Below, piece after piece: positions 38,517 through 51,720 of a DNA stretch of 64,000 nucleotides (the first letter of the stretch is position 1; the number at the start of each line of letters is the position of its first letter). The DNA is taken from assembly GCF_006345805.1 (NCBI RefSeq), contig NC_043020.1, forward strand, positions 25,296,001-25,360,000, given 5' to 3'. Source of the DNA: Octopus sinensis. Taxonomy: Eukaryota. The translations under genes and the position numbers were made by a program. The notes beneath the pieces are model-generated. The model was given only the letters and a program-made list of their open reading frames with translations, was not told where the DNA came from and searched no databases.

Positions 38517-39129
38517 ACATGATATAGAATATCAAAAACCGAAAAATGACAAAGAACGAAAGAATGAATGGGCGGAACGAAGAAACGAAGAAACGTACGG
38601 ACGGACACACGGACGGACAGTTCTGAGTGAAATAGGTAGAAATATTGCAATATAAATTTACAAATTTCGAAGTTCACTTTCGCCAAATTTATAAAGTATT
38701 TATAATTGGAAACATTCGGTTTATTTTATTTTATTGGGGTTTTTTGTGGTGGTGGTGGTGGTGGTGGTGGTAGGAGAACTATTACGTTATAATTGTTGTT
38801 GTTGTTGTTGTTGTTGTCATCGTTAGTGTTGTTGTCGATGTTTGTTTTGTTTATGTTTTTATCTGCTTGTTTATTTATGTTGTACAATGCCAAGTGACCG
38901 TTATTAATTATTGAAAAATAAAACAATAATTAACAGTAATAAATATCATAGGCTGTTGTACTCATTGCCTTGCGCCATAAGTAAATTAAATAAATAAATA
39001 ATTAAATAAGTAAAAGACTTCTTAAGTTAGAGATAGTTAGAGGAGGGAAAAGAGAGAAACCTTGCGACAAACGTTTGCGACTCTCAAAGAAAAAGGGGAG
39101 GTAATTCAAAGAACACATTACTGCCTCAA

Positions 39130-39375
39130 GTCCTAGAACTCATAAGGTTTGTTACCCGGTATCCACGACGTATAAGTGAGCGAAATCACAACATTTACCC
39201 TGGACGGAACGTCAGTCTCGTGCAGGTTTCTTCATTTAAAGTTAAATGGGCTGAAGCAAGATGAGAGGAAGTATTTTGCTCAAGGACAGAACGCACCAGT
39301 CGGTCCGAGAATCGGAACCACGTTCTCAGGATCGTGGTAGCAACTCACTGATCACCAGACCACAAGCCTTCACCT
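39130..39375 (-). mobile_element. tRNA-derived SINE, family B
   Basis: Reverse complement has a tRNA-like head (ggttccgattc) followed by ccttgagcaaaatac. Confidence 0.6.
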
Positions 39376-39414
39376 TCAAGCCTTAGTTTAAGGACATTAA
39401 TAATTAAATTCCTC

Positions 39415-39641
39415 AAGAAGGTGGCTGGCACATTCGTTAGCACACTGGGTAACATTATTTAGTGATACTTCGTCTGTCTTTATGTTCTGAGTTCTAATTC
39501 CGGCGAGATCGACTAAGCCGTTTTATTCTTTCGGGAATCGATACAATAAGAACCAGTTGAGCATTGGAGTGGATGTAATCGACTTAGAACCCCCCCCCCC
39601 GCCCTTCCCGAAATTGCTGACCCTGTGCCAAAATTTGAAAC
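39415..39641 (+). mobile_element. tRNA-derived SINE, family A
   Basis: gctggcacattcgttagc...gagttctaattcc...ccaaaatttgaaac. Confidence 0.75.
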
Positions 39642-41863
39642 TATCAATTTAATTCCTCGAGTAAATTTGCATATTTAGATAAAAGTTAGTGAGAACTCAT
39701 ATTTCTAAACATGTTAATTCACTCGAGAAATTAATTCTTATTTTACTTGAAACTGTTCCGCCTTTTTTTGTGAGTCGCTAACGATTGCTTGTTGGGTTCG
39801 GTTTGGGCTTTCTTTCCCCAACTAAGAGGAAAATTTTAATTTAGAATAAATTTTGTGTGCGACATTCGCTGCTATTGTTTCATTGAGTTGCCGAAACTTG
39901 TCATTAGGATATCTGAGTTAGTTCCCTCGGTTCATTCAATTCTTTATTTTTTTATTTCATATTTTTTCTTTGTTTTTAATACAGTGGAGATTAATGGGAA
40001 AAGTTTAAACACAGACACATACACACACACACACACACATACACATACACATACACACACACATATACACATACATATTCCATTCACAGACACACACACG
40101 TACACACACACCATAGACACACACATACATACACACACACATACATATATGCATATATGTATTCCATGCACAGGCACAAACACGCACACGTACACACACT
40201 CCATAGACACACACATACATATATATACACACACACATACACACATAATCCATGCACTAACAGACACCACATACACACACACGTACACGCACACACATAG
40301 GCACACACGCATACAACTGCAACAGGAAATCTGTTTTGAGGATCTGAATACCTGTATCAGGTTTTTTCCTCCCTTTTTTGTCCTCAAAGGCTACTCTGCG
40401 TCCTCAAAGGGATTATAACGGTGAATGATGTGTCCTTTAGTCACTGATTGACTAGGAGACAAAATACTTAACAGAATGGTTCCAAGCCTCCAAACAGGAA
40501 GTTGTAGACTCCTGGCGGTAACCTGTGGGACACAGGCCGCATCAACTAGTTTTGTTCGTGACACAAAATTCCAGAAGATAAAATGGCCATGGCTGGAACG
40601 GTGAGCGAAACTTCGCTCCTGGACAAGAGAACAGCAGAAGAAATCTTCAGAGGAAGAACTCCCGTCAAACAAGTGCTTCTGTCTGTTAATTCCGGACACT
40701 CTAAGGCAGTAGTTTCTAGCTATCACTCAGGTAGTGCTTTCTAGGTGTCCTTAATGCTCAAGGCATCTAGCGCCGCACTCGCAGGCCGGCACCAGGCACC
40801 ACAGGTACCGATTGTGAGTCCATGCACCTCTGCCGGCCGATCAAACTCCTGCAACAGCAATGGTACGAGCGGCCGATACTTGCGCACTTTCTCAGATGAC
40901 CCTGCTCCAACCGGACGGTCATGTCAACTACTATTACTTCTCAGGACAATGAAAGACTAAGTCGAGTATCAGCCCGGAGCTTCGCACAATGTAACACTGG
41001 ACGAGAGAACAATGGAAGAAATCTTCAGAGGAAGAACTCCCGTCAAACAAGTGCTTCGGTCTGTTAATTCCTGACACTCTAAGGTAGTGGTTTCTCGATG
41101 TCCTCCTGCAGTTATTCAAATGTCACCTTCAGTGGAGATTGAACTTGAAACTTTTGGACACACAGACCACCGCTTTGACTTTGGTTCAAACCGAATTTTT
41201 CTTTTCCCTGTATTTAGTGGCTTGCTGTACCCCTTTCAGTCCCATCTATCATCTCTTTTCACTCTTATCCACACTCAGCTCTTCTCAGCTGTCGCTGACA
41301 GGCGTTTCACTGTCGCTATTTTTTCCGACCCTTGATTTCGAACTAACATAGTATTAAATAGTATTTAATCATGCGCCTGTCTGTTATATCAAAATCACGA
41401 TACCCTGATAATAGTGCAACCCAACTCACACTTATTGAATACACTAGATACACAATGCTCTTTAAAAATGGAGATGACCATGGCTAAAGCCTTACTGATT
41501 ATAGAGCGGCTGGAACAGGTATGGCTTCGGGTTAAGCAACAACGAACCCCCACCATCCATCCAATTACTACTACAATATTGAATCTTGTTTCACTGACGT
41601 CGGACGAGAGCGCCACCTATGTGATGTTATTACATAGATGTATTTGAAGAAATACAGCAGAGAAATAGTCAGAACAAGGACATGAGATTCTTCTCTACAC
41701 GGTTTACCGATTTATCCAAACTCACCGAGTCATTGTACCCTTTTCTTAATGTCATACCGATAGATGTATGCATGCATGTATGTATATGTTTGTGTGTCTA
41801 TGTGTGTGTACGTAGTATATATATGACTATGTGTCTTTGTGTGTGTACGTGTATATGTATGAG

Positions 41864-41894
<31 letters not shown>

Positions 41895-43055
41895 TAATAC
41901 GTCACCGATGTCATCTTCATTTCCGCTTCATCCAATCGCCTAACATTTATCCACGGATATTACGTCTTCGAATCCATCTTCTTTGCTGCTTCCCACATCA
42001 TCCAGCATCACTCATTCTCTCTCCCTTCTTTCTTTCCTTTCTCTCTCTCTCTCTTTCTATGTTTCTCTTTTACTTTCTCCTGCACTCTCTACTTATTTCT
42101 CTTTCCATTTTTCTGTTATTCTTTCGTCTTTCCTTTCTTCCAAATTTCACTACTCTCCTACCTTCTTCTCTCTCTCTCCCTCTCTTTCTCCCCCTCTCTC
42201 TCTCCCTCTTTCTCTCTCTTTATCTACCTGTCTATTTCTCACCACCGTAAACAAACAAAAAAAGCACTCTCTCACACCACACTGCAATTCAAACCAATTA
42301 GAAAGGCTTAAATATAGATCGACTCCATTCAACTAAATCGCTAGCATTGTTTCTGGAGACGTTAATTTCGTTGGCTTTTCCAATTAGTTAGCTGAAGCTT
42401 TCATTAAGAGGCACGGCTTGAAGTTTCACTTTTGGTCACTAGGAGTTGAGGGCCATAATTTCATTTTAAGCAAAAAGAAGGGAAGATTGGCGGAGCAGGG
42501 GAGGGGATACTACGTCATGAAAGGAAGAAACGAAGGGAATATTTGTGTGTGCGTGTGTGTGTGTGTGGAGAGAGAGAGAGAGAGAGTGAGTGAGTGAGTG
42601 AGTGAGTGAGTGAGTGAGTGAGTGAGTGAGTGTGAGAGAACAGGAGGGGAGAGAAAGAGTGAGGAGATGAAATCTGAAAGATTTAAATGCAATGATTTAT
42701 AGATCAGGGAATAAGAGAGATGCAGAGATAATAAAGGAGAGAGGCAGAGAGAGGGAGAAGAAGAAGAGGAGGAGGAGGAGAGAGGGAGGGAGGGAAGGAG
42801 AAAGTAACACAGAGGTCCATGAATAATAGGGAGACAAAAGGAAAGACCGACAGTAGAATATTCAGGAAATCGGGAAGAAATAGAGAGAGTGAGAGAAAGA
42901 GAGAGAGAGACAGGTATGTAGGTAGGTAGGTAGGTAAATAAATACATATATAGATGGAAAGATAGACAGATAGATAGATGGATAGTTAGGTTCAGAGAGG
43001 CTAGGAGGGGTGGAAGATGAGCAGTTATATATATATATATAATATAGATATATAT

Positions 43056-43086
<31 letters not shown>

Positions 43087-44094
43087 TATAATCTTTATAG
43101 TGTATTTATGTATGTACACACATGCATACATTCATATTTACATGTATATACGTGTGAAAGAGAGAGAGAGAGAAATTGCGAAATTAGTGCGAGGAAGAGA
43201 GGGGGGAGATGGTATGATGGGAACAAACAGGTATCTCTCACGAACGAAGTTTTCTAAACAGTTGCCTTTAAACTGGTGATTTGTTAAGGGTCAGTGCTGT
43301 AGCGACCCCTGCGAGTAAATGCTAGATTGGTTTAAGGCGTTTCATAAAGGAAACAATGGCCATAGGTTTGCCGATGTCAGTTCGACGAATGAATGTCGAA
43401 ATTACGATCGAGCCAAATTGATTTTCTACCGGTCGCTTATGTCATTGATAACAATAATTAATTTTGGAGCAAGAATCAGCCATTACATTATTTCTATCTC
43501 ACATGTTGCAGTAAGTAGTAATACAATCATTAGATGTATGTGAATTGATAGAGGCATACATGCACATGTATATATATATATAGATAGATAGATATGTATG
43601 TATGTAGGTAGGTATGTATATGACGTCAGTATCCGTACCTGTAATCATTGGCTTATTGTATGGTGCAGTCGATGTTAACCAAATATTTAAGCAGTAATCT
43701 CAAATTATCACAATGATATGTGTGTGTAAGTGTGAATATATGTAGAGCGCATGTACGCGAGTATGTATGTATGTATGTATGTATGTATGTATGTATGTAT
43801 GTATGTATGTATGTATGTATGTATGCATGTATGTATGTATGCATGTATGTATAAGCTCTTAAGTATATGCGAGAGCGGTGATTATTTTCCTCGCAGCAGG
43901 ATGTCCATTTGCCAATCAAAAGAGCATGGTTTCGATCCCACCTTCCTCAGCTACATTCTGAACTAACGAAGAGCCATACATGTTTTTCGCATTCAGATTA
44001 CTTGTATCAGATCCAACATCTGCAATGAAAAAAAGAATAATGATGTTCATATTCGCAAATTGATTACAGGTATCATAAGTTACCTCATTAGAAC

Positions 44095-44160
44095 TAAATA
44101 TCTCCGTTTTGAAACAGAGTAAAGTCTCCTGCCAGTATATATATATATATATATATAATA

Positions 44161-44191
<31 letters not shown>

Positions 44192-44289
44192 CTGTGTGTG
44201 TGTATGCCATAACATTTTTTTCTGGTACAGCTAGAAAACTCTTCGTCACCGATACTGGCAGGAGACTTTACTCTGTTTCAAAACGGAGA

Positions 44290-44295
<6 letters not shown>
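44095..44295. repeat. 44-bp perfect inverted repeat around a (TA)n-containing spacer
   Basis: 44095-44138 vs 44252-44295. Confidence 0.9.
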
Positions 44296-44329
<34 letters not shown>

Positions 44330-44439
44330 CTATATATATATATAATATATAGGATTACTACTACTACTACTTGTTATCTCTCCTACTTCTTAGCTCTCTT
44401 GTGTGACGCTTCTGTCCGGCGGCATTCGCCATGATAGAT

Positions 44440-44586
44440 CGCTAGCCACTACACACATTTTTTTGTTTCCTTGTTTCTTTCTTTCTCTGTTCCCTTCTGC
44501 GGAAGAGCGTAGGCTCGAAACGTCAAAGACTTTTTCAATTCCCGAGCGTTATACTAATACATCTGTTTGTTTTCTCTACATCACCA

Positions 44587-44590
<4 letters not shown>
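44440..44590 (+). mobile_element. Penelope-pLTR-like fragment with degenerate minimal hammerhead
   Basis: ctgcggaa-gagc-gtag-gctc-gaaacgtc (44497-44524), then ttcccgagcgttatactaatac, then (TA)n. Confidence 0.6.
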
Positions 44591-44630
<40 letters not shown>

Positions 44631-44635
44631 TATAT

Positions 44636-44681
<46 letters not shown>

Positions 44682-44764
44682 TAATTAAATATATATACAT
44701 ATATATAAATATACATACATATATATACATACATAATATATGCATATATATATATATATAAATA

Positions 44765-44797
<33 letters not shown>

Positions 44798-44824
44798 GCA
44801 TATATTTATATATATATTATATAT

Positions 44825-44861
<37 letters not shown>

Positions 44862-44929
44862 CATATGTTTATATATACATATATATATACATATACACTT
44901 TTACTCTTTTCTCTTTTAGTTTTTTCAGT

Positions 44930-45025
44930 CATTTGACTGTGGTCATGCTGGAACATGGCCTTTAGTCGAGCAAATCGACACCAGGACTTATTCTTTGTAA
45001 GCCTAGTACTTATTCTATCGGTCTC
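44930..45025 (+). mobile_element. SINE fragment (tttgactg.gg.catgctgga...cctttagtcgagcaaatcgac)
   Basis: Recognised from memory as an abundant octopus repeat; truncated here. Confidence 0.45.
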
Positions 45026-45039
45026 TTTATGCATATATA

Positions 45040-45430
45040 TCTATATATATAAAACTGTAGTTGTGTGAGTGTCTGTCCCCTTCGATTTAGATTCCGAACT
45101 ACTCCCACATTTTGCGGTGCAGTTTAACCAAATTCGGTTATCTTATAGTCGTGATTCATATCGAGCCCGTCTGAGTATTAGCACGCGTCTACGATGAGTC
45201 TACGATTTTAAAAATAATTTAACATCATTTTTTATTCCATTTTAATGCATATTTTTTCGTGTGTCGATGGCGGCGGAGTTGGCGTCCAAGCTCACATCTG
45301 CACCTGTGTTGCTTCTCCCCCTTCTTCCCTCCCTTGTGAAGCTGTGGGGAAGGGAGTGTAAGGAAATCAACGTCGTAATGCGTTGTCAAGGAGACCAGCG
45401 TTCTTTTAGAACAACGACTTCATGGCTTGA
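45040..45430 (+). mobile_element. Possible non-autonomous Helitron/Helentron-like element
   Basis: Starts atctatatatataaaa followed by a short tgtg/gtctgt tract; similar start at ~19512. No clear 3' hairpin found. Confidence 0.3.
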
Positions 45431-47136
45431 AGACATATATATATATATATATATGCATGTATACATATACATATATCTGATCATTCATTCATCTTTTAAC
45501 AGAAACTCTACAAGTTACATCGATTTTCTTTCTTCCCGTTTGTATACCCAAAGGTATACATGTATATATATATATATATATACACTCACACATACATAAA
45601 TATATATATATCTTCGTGTTGTGCGCGCGAGTGCGCGTGCGTGTGTGTGTGTGTTTTATATCTTTTCATTACGTGCCACATGAAAATGGCGTCCAACTCG
45701 ATAACGATTAAATCCCAAGTACATTATTAATTGAAGAGTTTAAACTTTAACACAGAAATTTATATTCCATCGGAGAATAGTTTCACCCTTTTATTAAATC
45801 ATTCACCCAACATTTTCTTCATGTTAGAAACCATTATTTAAAAAAGAATAAAAATAATAAAGAAACCATTACTAGTGGTTCTATTGATAGTATGATGGTG
45901 AAGGTGAAGGTGGTGTTGGTGGTGGTGTTGGTATTGGTGTTTGGTGAGGGAGGATGGGAAGGTGGCGGTTTCCTCTTTTCTTTTCTATAGAATTGGTTGC
46001 AAAAACAGAACCGAAATGTTTACAGAATGAAAATCTGGAAAGCGGAAAATTTGATTTGGCGAAAAATGCGTGAGTAAATACAATGGCGTAGAGCTGTGTG
46101 TGTGTGTGTGTATGTGTGTGTGTGTGTTTTTGTGTGTGTATGACTATGTGTTGATGTTTCTTGTGTTCTATATGTATATATGTGTGTAGATGTGTATACA
46201 TATATACATATGTGTGCGTGTGTTTCAATGTGTTTTATTTGTGTGCGTTTCTCTGTATGTGATTGTATGTGTGTTTGTGTGTGGTATGTGTATGTGTGTG
46301 GTGCATGTGTGTGTGCCCGTGTGTGTTTTTGTGAATAAGTGTGTGTGTGTGTGTTTCTATGTGTGAATATGTAAATCTTAATAAGCGTAATTTTTCGTAT
46401 TTTTATCTGTTTATGAGTGTGTGTGTATGTGTATTTGTTTGTGTATGTCTTTGTGTATATATGTATGTACGTGTGTGTGTTTACGTGTATGTATGCCTGA
46501 GATCGATGTATCTGAGTGTGTGTATATATTTTATATTGTGTGCATCCATGTAAGTACCTGTATGTGTGTATCAGTGAATGTGCTTTGATGCATAAATACG
46601 TGCGTGTGTGTGTGTGTGTGAGTGTGTGTGTGTGTGTGTGGTGGTGTAGGTATATGTTTCACTGTGTGTGCACATATGTGTGTATGTGCGCATGTTTATG
46701 TGTGAATCTGTTCTTTATGTTTGGATTTGTCTAAACCCAAACACTACATCAGTGAATGTGTGTGTGTGTGTACATGTTTGCTTGAGTCATGGTGTGTATA
46801 TGGGTGTATACGTGTGGTTTTGTGAGTATGTGTGCACATGTGTGTATAATACTGAGTGTAAATGTATATCTCTATATGTTGTTTATGCGTTGTTATTGTT
46901 TAACCTCAGGCTTGACATGATTGAGCAGACTTAGGATCAGAGGCGTTCCAAACATGCCCATCATATCATTTATTATACCTCTTAAGACAGAGAACCGTAT
47001 TCTGTGACGATTTTGGTGTTATTTCTAGGAAGTGTTTGTCCTCATAGAAACCATGTGTTTGTGTTTTGTTGGTGCGTATTTATATATTTGTTTGAGTATA
47101 TGCATATATGCATGTATGTGTGTATGTATATGTATA

Positions 47137-47189
<53 letters not shown>

Positions 47190-47282
47190 ACATATCCACA
47201 TACATATTGTATATGTATATATATATATATATATAGATATATATATATATAATACACATATATATGTCTCTCTCTCTCTCTC

Positions 47283-47322
<40 letters not shown>

Positions 47323-47394
47323 GATAGATAGATAGATAGATAGATACATAGATAGATAGATAGATAGATAGATACATAGATATACATACATATA

Positions 47395-47451
<57 letters not shown>

Positions 47452-47453
47452 CT

Positions 47454-47496
<43 letters not shown>

Positions 47497-47799
47497 TGTG
47501 TGTGCATGTGTGTATGTACGTGAATTATGTATGCCTCTGTGTGTGTGTGTGTTATGATACATGTGTGTCACTTACAGTGTGTATATTATGTTTATGTATC
47601 GAAACATTAACACCCGAGTAAACACGCGGGAAAACAAACAGAAAAAAGAAATAAATTAAAATAAAAGATCAATCGATCTTTGATAAAATCAATAACAAAA
47701 AGATACATCATAAATCAATATCGAAACGATACAAATACAAAAACAAATAAAGAAATAAGAAAAACCAGAGAAACAGCAAAAATAGAAATAAAAGGAAAG

Positions 47800-48170
47800 A
47801 AATTAAAATGTTGTCCCCGAAATGAAAGAACGCCTAAAACAAGAGATTCTCATTAAATCTCAAAAAATTCGTCGTCAGGATCAGAAGCAACGATTCTTTG
47901 AAGAAAACAAACTGTTTGACATTAACGCAAAACTATTTTTACAAGAATTAGGTAAAAAAGAAAATGAGATAACAATCGTCGCAGCACCAACAGCAAAAGT
48001 AGAATTTTGTGGCGGAGAGTGTGAGAGGTTGAAGAATATGGACAACGAATGAATTTCGAAGAATGAGATTAGTCACAACAACAAACGTAGTGCCTGAATA
48101 ACTGTGGGAGCCCATATTGACTCAAAATGTAACCAAGACAATAAAAAGAAAGAAAATCTGGGTCATCATG
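47800..48170 (+). mobile_element. Decayed R4/Dong ORF fragment (region upstream of RT)
   Basis: LKQEILIKSQKIRRQDQKQRFFEENKLFDINAKLFLQELG resembles the R4/Dong LKQK..A..RRY....QN.LF..N.K.FY.EL pattern. Confidence 0.55.
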
Positions 48171-48561
48171 AAATTATAGATTATAGATTCCTGATACCTG
48201 CCCCCCCCCCCCCGTCCCGTTTCAGCCGTTCTTACATGGCACAATCTCAGCTCTGATTCAGCAATTCTTTATTTCTGCTTCATCATCAGACATTCACTTA
48301 TAGTGGAGGAGTTTTTGGAGAACATGGTTTCACGTTTCAAGAATTTTTGCCAGATTATGCTGTAAAAGTGTTATTTTTCGTTAATAAATCAAAGACTCTC
48401 CCATTTTTATCCAAATATCTTAATTCAATATAATCGCTTCCACATGTCATTTCGTTACTTTTTCCAGTTACACCCTGCATTTCCACGTTTTAATGTCTCT
48501 GAACATTCAATTTGATTATTCAATTAATAATAATAATAATAATAATATTAATAATAATAAT

Positions 48562-48593
<32 letters not shown>

Positions 48594-48761
48594 TAATAAT
48601 AATATAATAATAATAATAATGATGATATATAATAATAATAATATAATAATATAATAATAATAATAATAATAATAATATAATAATAATAATGATAATGATG
48701 ATAATAATAATATATAATAATAATAATAATGATAATAATAATAATAATAATAATATAATAA

Positions 48762-48804
<43 letters not shown>

Positions 48805-48807
<3 letters not shown>

Positions 48808-49353
48808 GCCCTGATGCAGTACCAGGCAGTGGCTCTCATGGCTTCTGATCTTAACTGATTGGAAGTGTTATCATGTACATTGTTTTGTCTTGTATAAAGA
48901 TGGGCTACAGCAAATATTCTGCTCAATACCACAGATTTGCTTGTCAGTTGTTTGACCCCAACCAGTTGAGCATGTCCCTTAGTGGCTGACGATATGTGCA
49001 TCTCTGATCACGACAGAAGTAGTGGGGGCATCATAGCCATGTTTGAGAGGGATTCTTTGGGGTTTGAATAGTTCACCTCTGGAAACATGGGTGGTTCTTT
49101 CAACATCCTAAACAACCCTTATTCAGGGACCGTTTGAGCAGGATGGGCTACTCAAAATGAAGAAAATTCTAACTGGGCCCCACCTGCAGGTCATGTGCTG
49201 TTTATCTTGATATGAGATCACCATGTCGCGCACATATGGTTGTGATGCATGTGCCTGGTGTACCTTTATCAGACGGGTAGTCATGATGGGTATATTGGGC
49301 TTCGTATATTTTACCTCAGTGTCACTTTGATGGCATGAACTGCTCTCTCACTC
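48805..49353 (+). mobile_element. ~550-bp (AAT)n-flanked non-coding element, copy 1
   Basis: aaatgccctgatgcagtaccagg...ctgctctctcactc; colinear with 49710 and 60292. Strand is only nominal. Confidence 0.85.
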
Positions 49354-49365
49354 AATGATAGATAA

Positions 49366-49399
<34 letters not shown>

Positions 49400-49410
49400 T
49401 AATAATATAA

Positions 49411-49560
49411 CTGGAAGCTAAAAGAATTATCAAGACTAGACAGAACACCAATAAACTTAATGATTCTATTCGGAGTAAACCACAGACAATCTGACAGAAA
49501 GATTATGTTTGCCAGGAATGCAGGATGTTAAAGGGCTTTCTATAACTGGAGCCCAATTCT
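49411..49560 (+). mobile_element. Decayed R4/Dong fragment
   Basis: WKLKELSRLDRTPINLMILFGVNHRQSDRK..GCKGL corresponds to W..NEL..IDRKTRK.MT....HHPKSD..GGRGL at 26149-27250. Confidence 0.6.
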
Positions 49561-49633
49561 AAAATGTCCACCGTAAGACTCCAAAAACGCAGAGTAAGCA
49601 ACAACGAAGAAATAATACAAATTCCGACAAAAA

Positions 49634-49709
<76 letters not shown>

Positions 49710-50250
49710 TACCAGGCAGTGGCTCTCATGGCTTCTGATCTTAACTGATTGGAAGTGTTATCATGTACATTGTTTTGTCTTGGTATAAAAGATGGGCTAC
49801 AGCAAATATTCTGCTGAATACCACAGATTTGCTTGTCAGTTGTTTGACCTTAACCAGTTGAGCATGTCCCTTAGTGGCTGACGATAGTTCATCTCTGATC
49901 ATGAGCAGAAGTGTGGGGGAGCATCATAGCCATGTGTTGAAGGGATTCTTTGGGGTTTGAATAGTTCACCTCTGGAAACATGGGTGGTTCTTTCAACATC
50001 CTTAAACAACCCTTATTCAGGGACCGTTTGAGCGGATGGGCTACTCAACCTGAAGAAAATTCTTCTAACTGGGCCCCACCTGCAAGGTCATGTGCTGTTT
50101 ATCTTGATATGAGATCACCATGTCGCGCACATATGGTTGTGATGCATGTGCCTGGTGTACCTTTATCAGACGGGTAGTCATGATGGGTATATTGGGCTTC
50201 GTATATTTTACCCCAGTGTCACTTTGATGGCATGAACTGCTCTCTCACTC
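49710..50250 (+). mobile_element. ~550-bp (AAT)n-flanked non-coding element, copy 2 (lacks the first ~15 bp)
   Basis: Colinear with copies 1 and 3. Confidence 0.85.
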
Positions 50251-50544
50251 AATAATAATAATAATAATAAAACTGGTATAGAGAGAAAAGTAGAAATTCT
50301 GTAGACAGAATCGACAAAGACATTTAAATTGGATTTGGTGTGTTTTGTTTGAGCAATCGGTAGAGCACCGGAGGATAAATTGTGGTTATTGTTGAAATGC
50401 GGCCGTCGTAAACATTACTTTTCATCTTATCGAGGTCAATACAATAAAATAGACGAGTTGTAGGTATCGAATCCAACGCACTCACTGTTCTATATCTATC
50501 GATCGACTGATCGATCTATCTATCTAGTTGAAATTTATAGAAAA

Positions 50545-50665
50545 ACAAAAAATGAATACAGGTATAGGAAGACAGGTGTATTACTTTGACGCTCAGGAAA
50601 AATAAAAAAGCCTTTTACGTTTCTAGCCTACGCTTTTCAGCAGAAAGGAATAAGAGAAAATAAAC
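50545..50665 (-). mobile_element. Penelope-pLTR-like fragment with degenerate minimal hammerhead
   Basis: Reverse complement of 50611-50648: ccttt-ctgctgaa-aagc-gtag-gcta-gaaacgta-aaagg; then ttcctgagcgtca. Confidence 0.6.
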
Positions 50666-50696
50666 AGGCCTATGTATATATATATATATTATATAT

Positions 50697-50750
<54 letters not shown>

Positions 50751-50764
50751 GAGGGGGGAGGGGG

Positions 50765-51217
50765 GAGGTATACTAGCCATCTCAATATGGCTAACCACTA
50801 AGGGTGGGTGTTACTGTAGCTTGTAGCCCCAGGGGAACATCGTCTCCAGCTGGCTTTAGGCACACTTTCTGTGCCCTTATGGTATTTACAAAGGGAGGTC
50901 ATCCCTCCCTCGTCAACCTAAGTGATACGCACGGACTGCAGTTTCTAGGTATTGACCTGTTGTCGGCGTACGACAATCACCGGTTTTCGATGAAGGGAGT
51001 CCCAATGCAAATCCTTATATCGTTTTTTCCAGTAACTTTTCGTCACTGATCTCAAAAAACTGTATGCAAGCAATAATAAATCTCTGAACGAGATGTAAAC
51101 AGTAACTGCACGACAATGTGAGGTATACTATCCTAGTGGTTAGCCATATTGAGATGGCTAGTATACCTCACATTGTCGTGCAGTTACTGTTTACACCCGT
51201 TCAGAGAGTTATTATTG

Positions 51218-51218
<1 letters not shown>
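50765..51218. repeat. Nested inverted-repeat element
   Basis: 37-bp perfect arms 51094-51130 / 51159-51195, extending imperfectly to 51070-51218; plus a 36-bp inverted repeat 50765-50800 / 51134-51169. Confidence 0.88.
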
Positions 51219-51268
<50 letters not shown>

Positions 51269-51594
51269 GTATATATTTCGCTTGGACATACTCAGACTAA
51301 TGATCTGGTGTAGAACTCAATATCCGTATGTTTCAGAACGAAGTGTTAATCGAGTAGAGAGAGGTAATAAGAAAATGAGCGGACAAAGAAATAAATGATT
51401 GTTTTAGTTACTTCATTGACTTACGGCTGTTTCTGCTCTATGATGCAGTGGACTCATAGTTGAGTGCTTGAGTGAGACCTTATTGCTTCATTGAAGCAGG
51501 CCATAATGTGTTACTCAGGTACTCAGCTATGAGTCCACTGCATCTTATAGCAGAAACAGTTGTGTGTGTGTGGCGGGGGTGTTTGTGTGTTGAG

Positions 51595-51720
51595 GTGTAG
51601 TAGCTTAGTGGCTAAGGTGTTGGACTCATGATCGTATGGTTGTGGTTTCGATTCCCGGACCGGACGACGCATTGCATTCTTGAGCAAAACTCTTCATTTC
51701 GTTCCGTCTGCTGGTTGAGG
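51595..51720 (+). mobile_element. tRNA-derived SINE, family B
   Basis: tagcttagtggctaagg (A-box-like), ggtttcgattccc (B-box-like), attcttgagcaaaac body. Confidence 0.7.

Noticed and set aside
40619-41095. ~99-bp direct repeat (40619-40717 / 40997-41095) in GC-richer sequence
   Set aside because: Real duplication and probably a transposon relic, but no frame gave a motif I could assign; left unclassified.
51595-51670. tRNA-like sequence (also at 15920-15990, 34285 and 39300)
   Set aside because: A/B boxes are present but I could not fold a cloverleaf, and each continues into a shared SINE body; called SINE heads, not tRNA genes.
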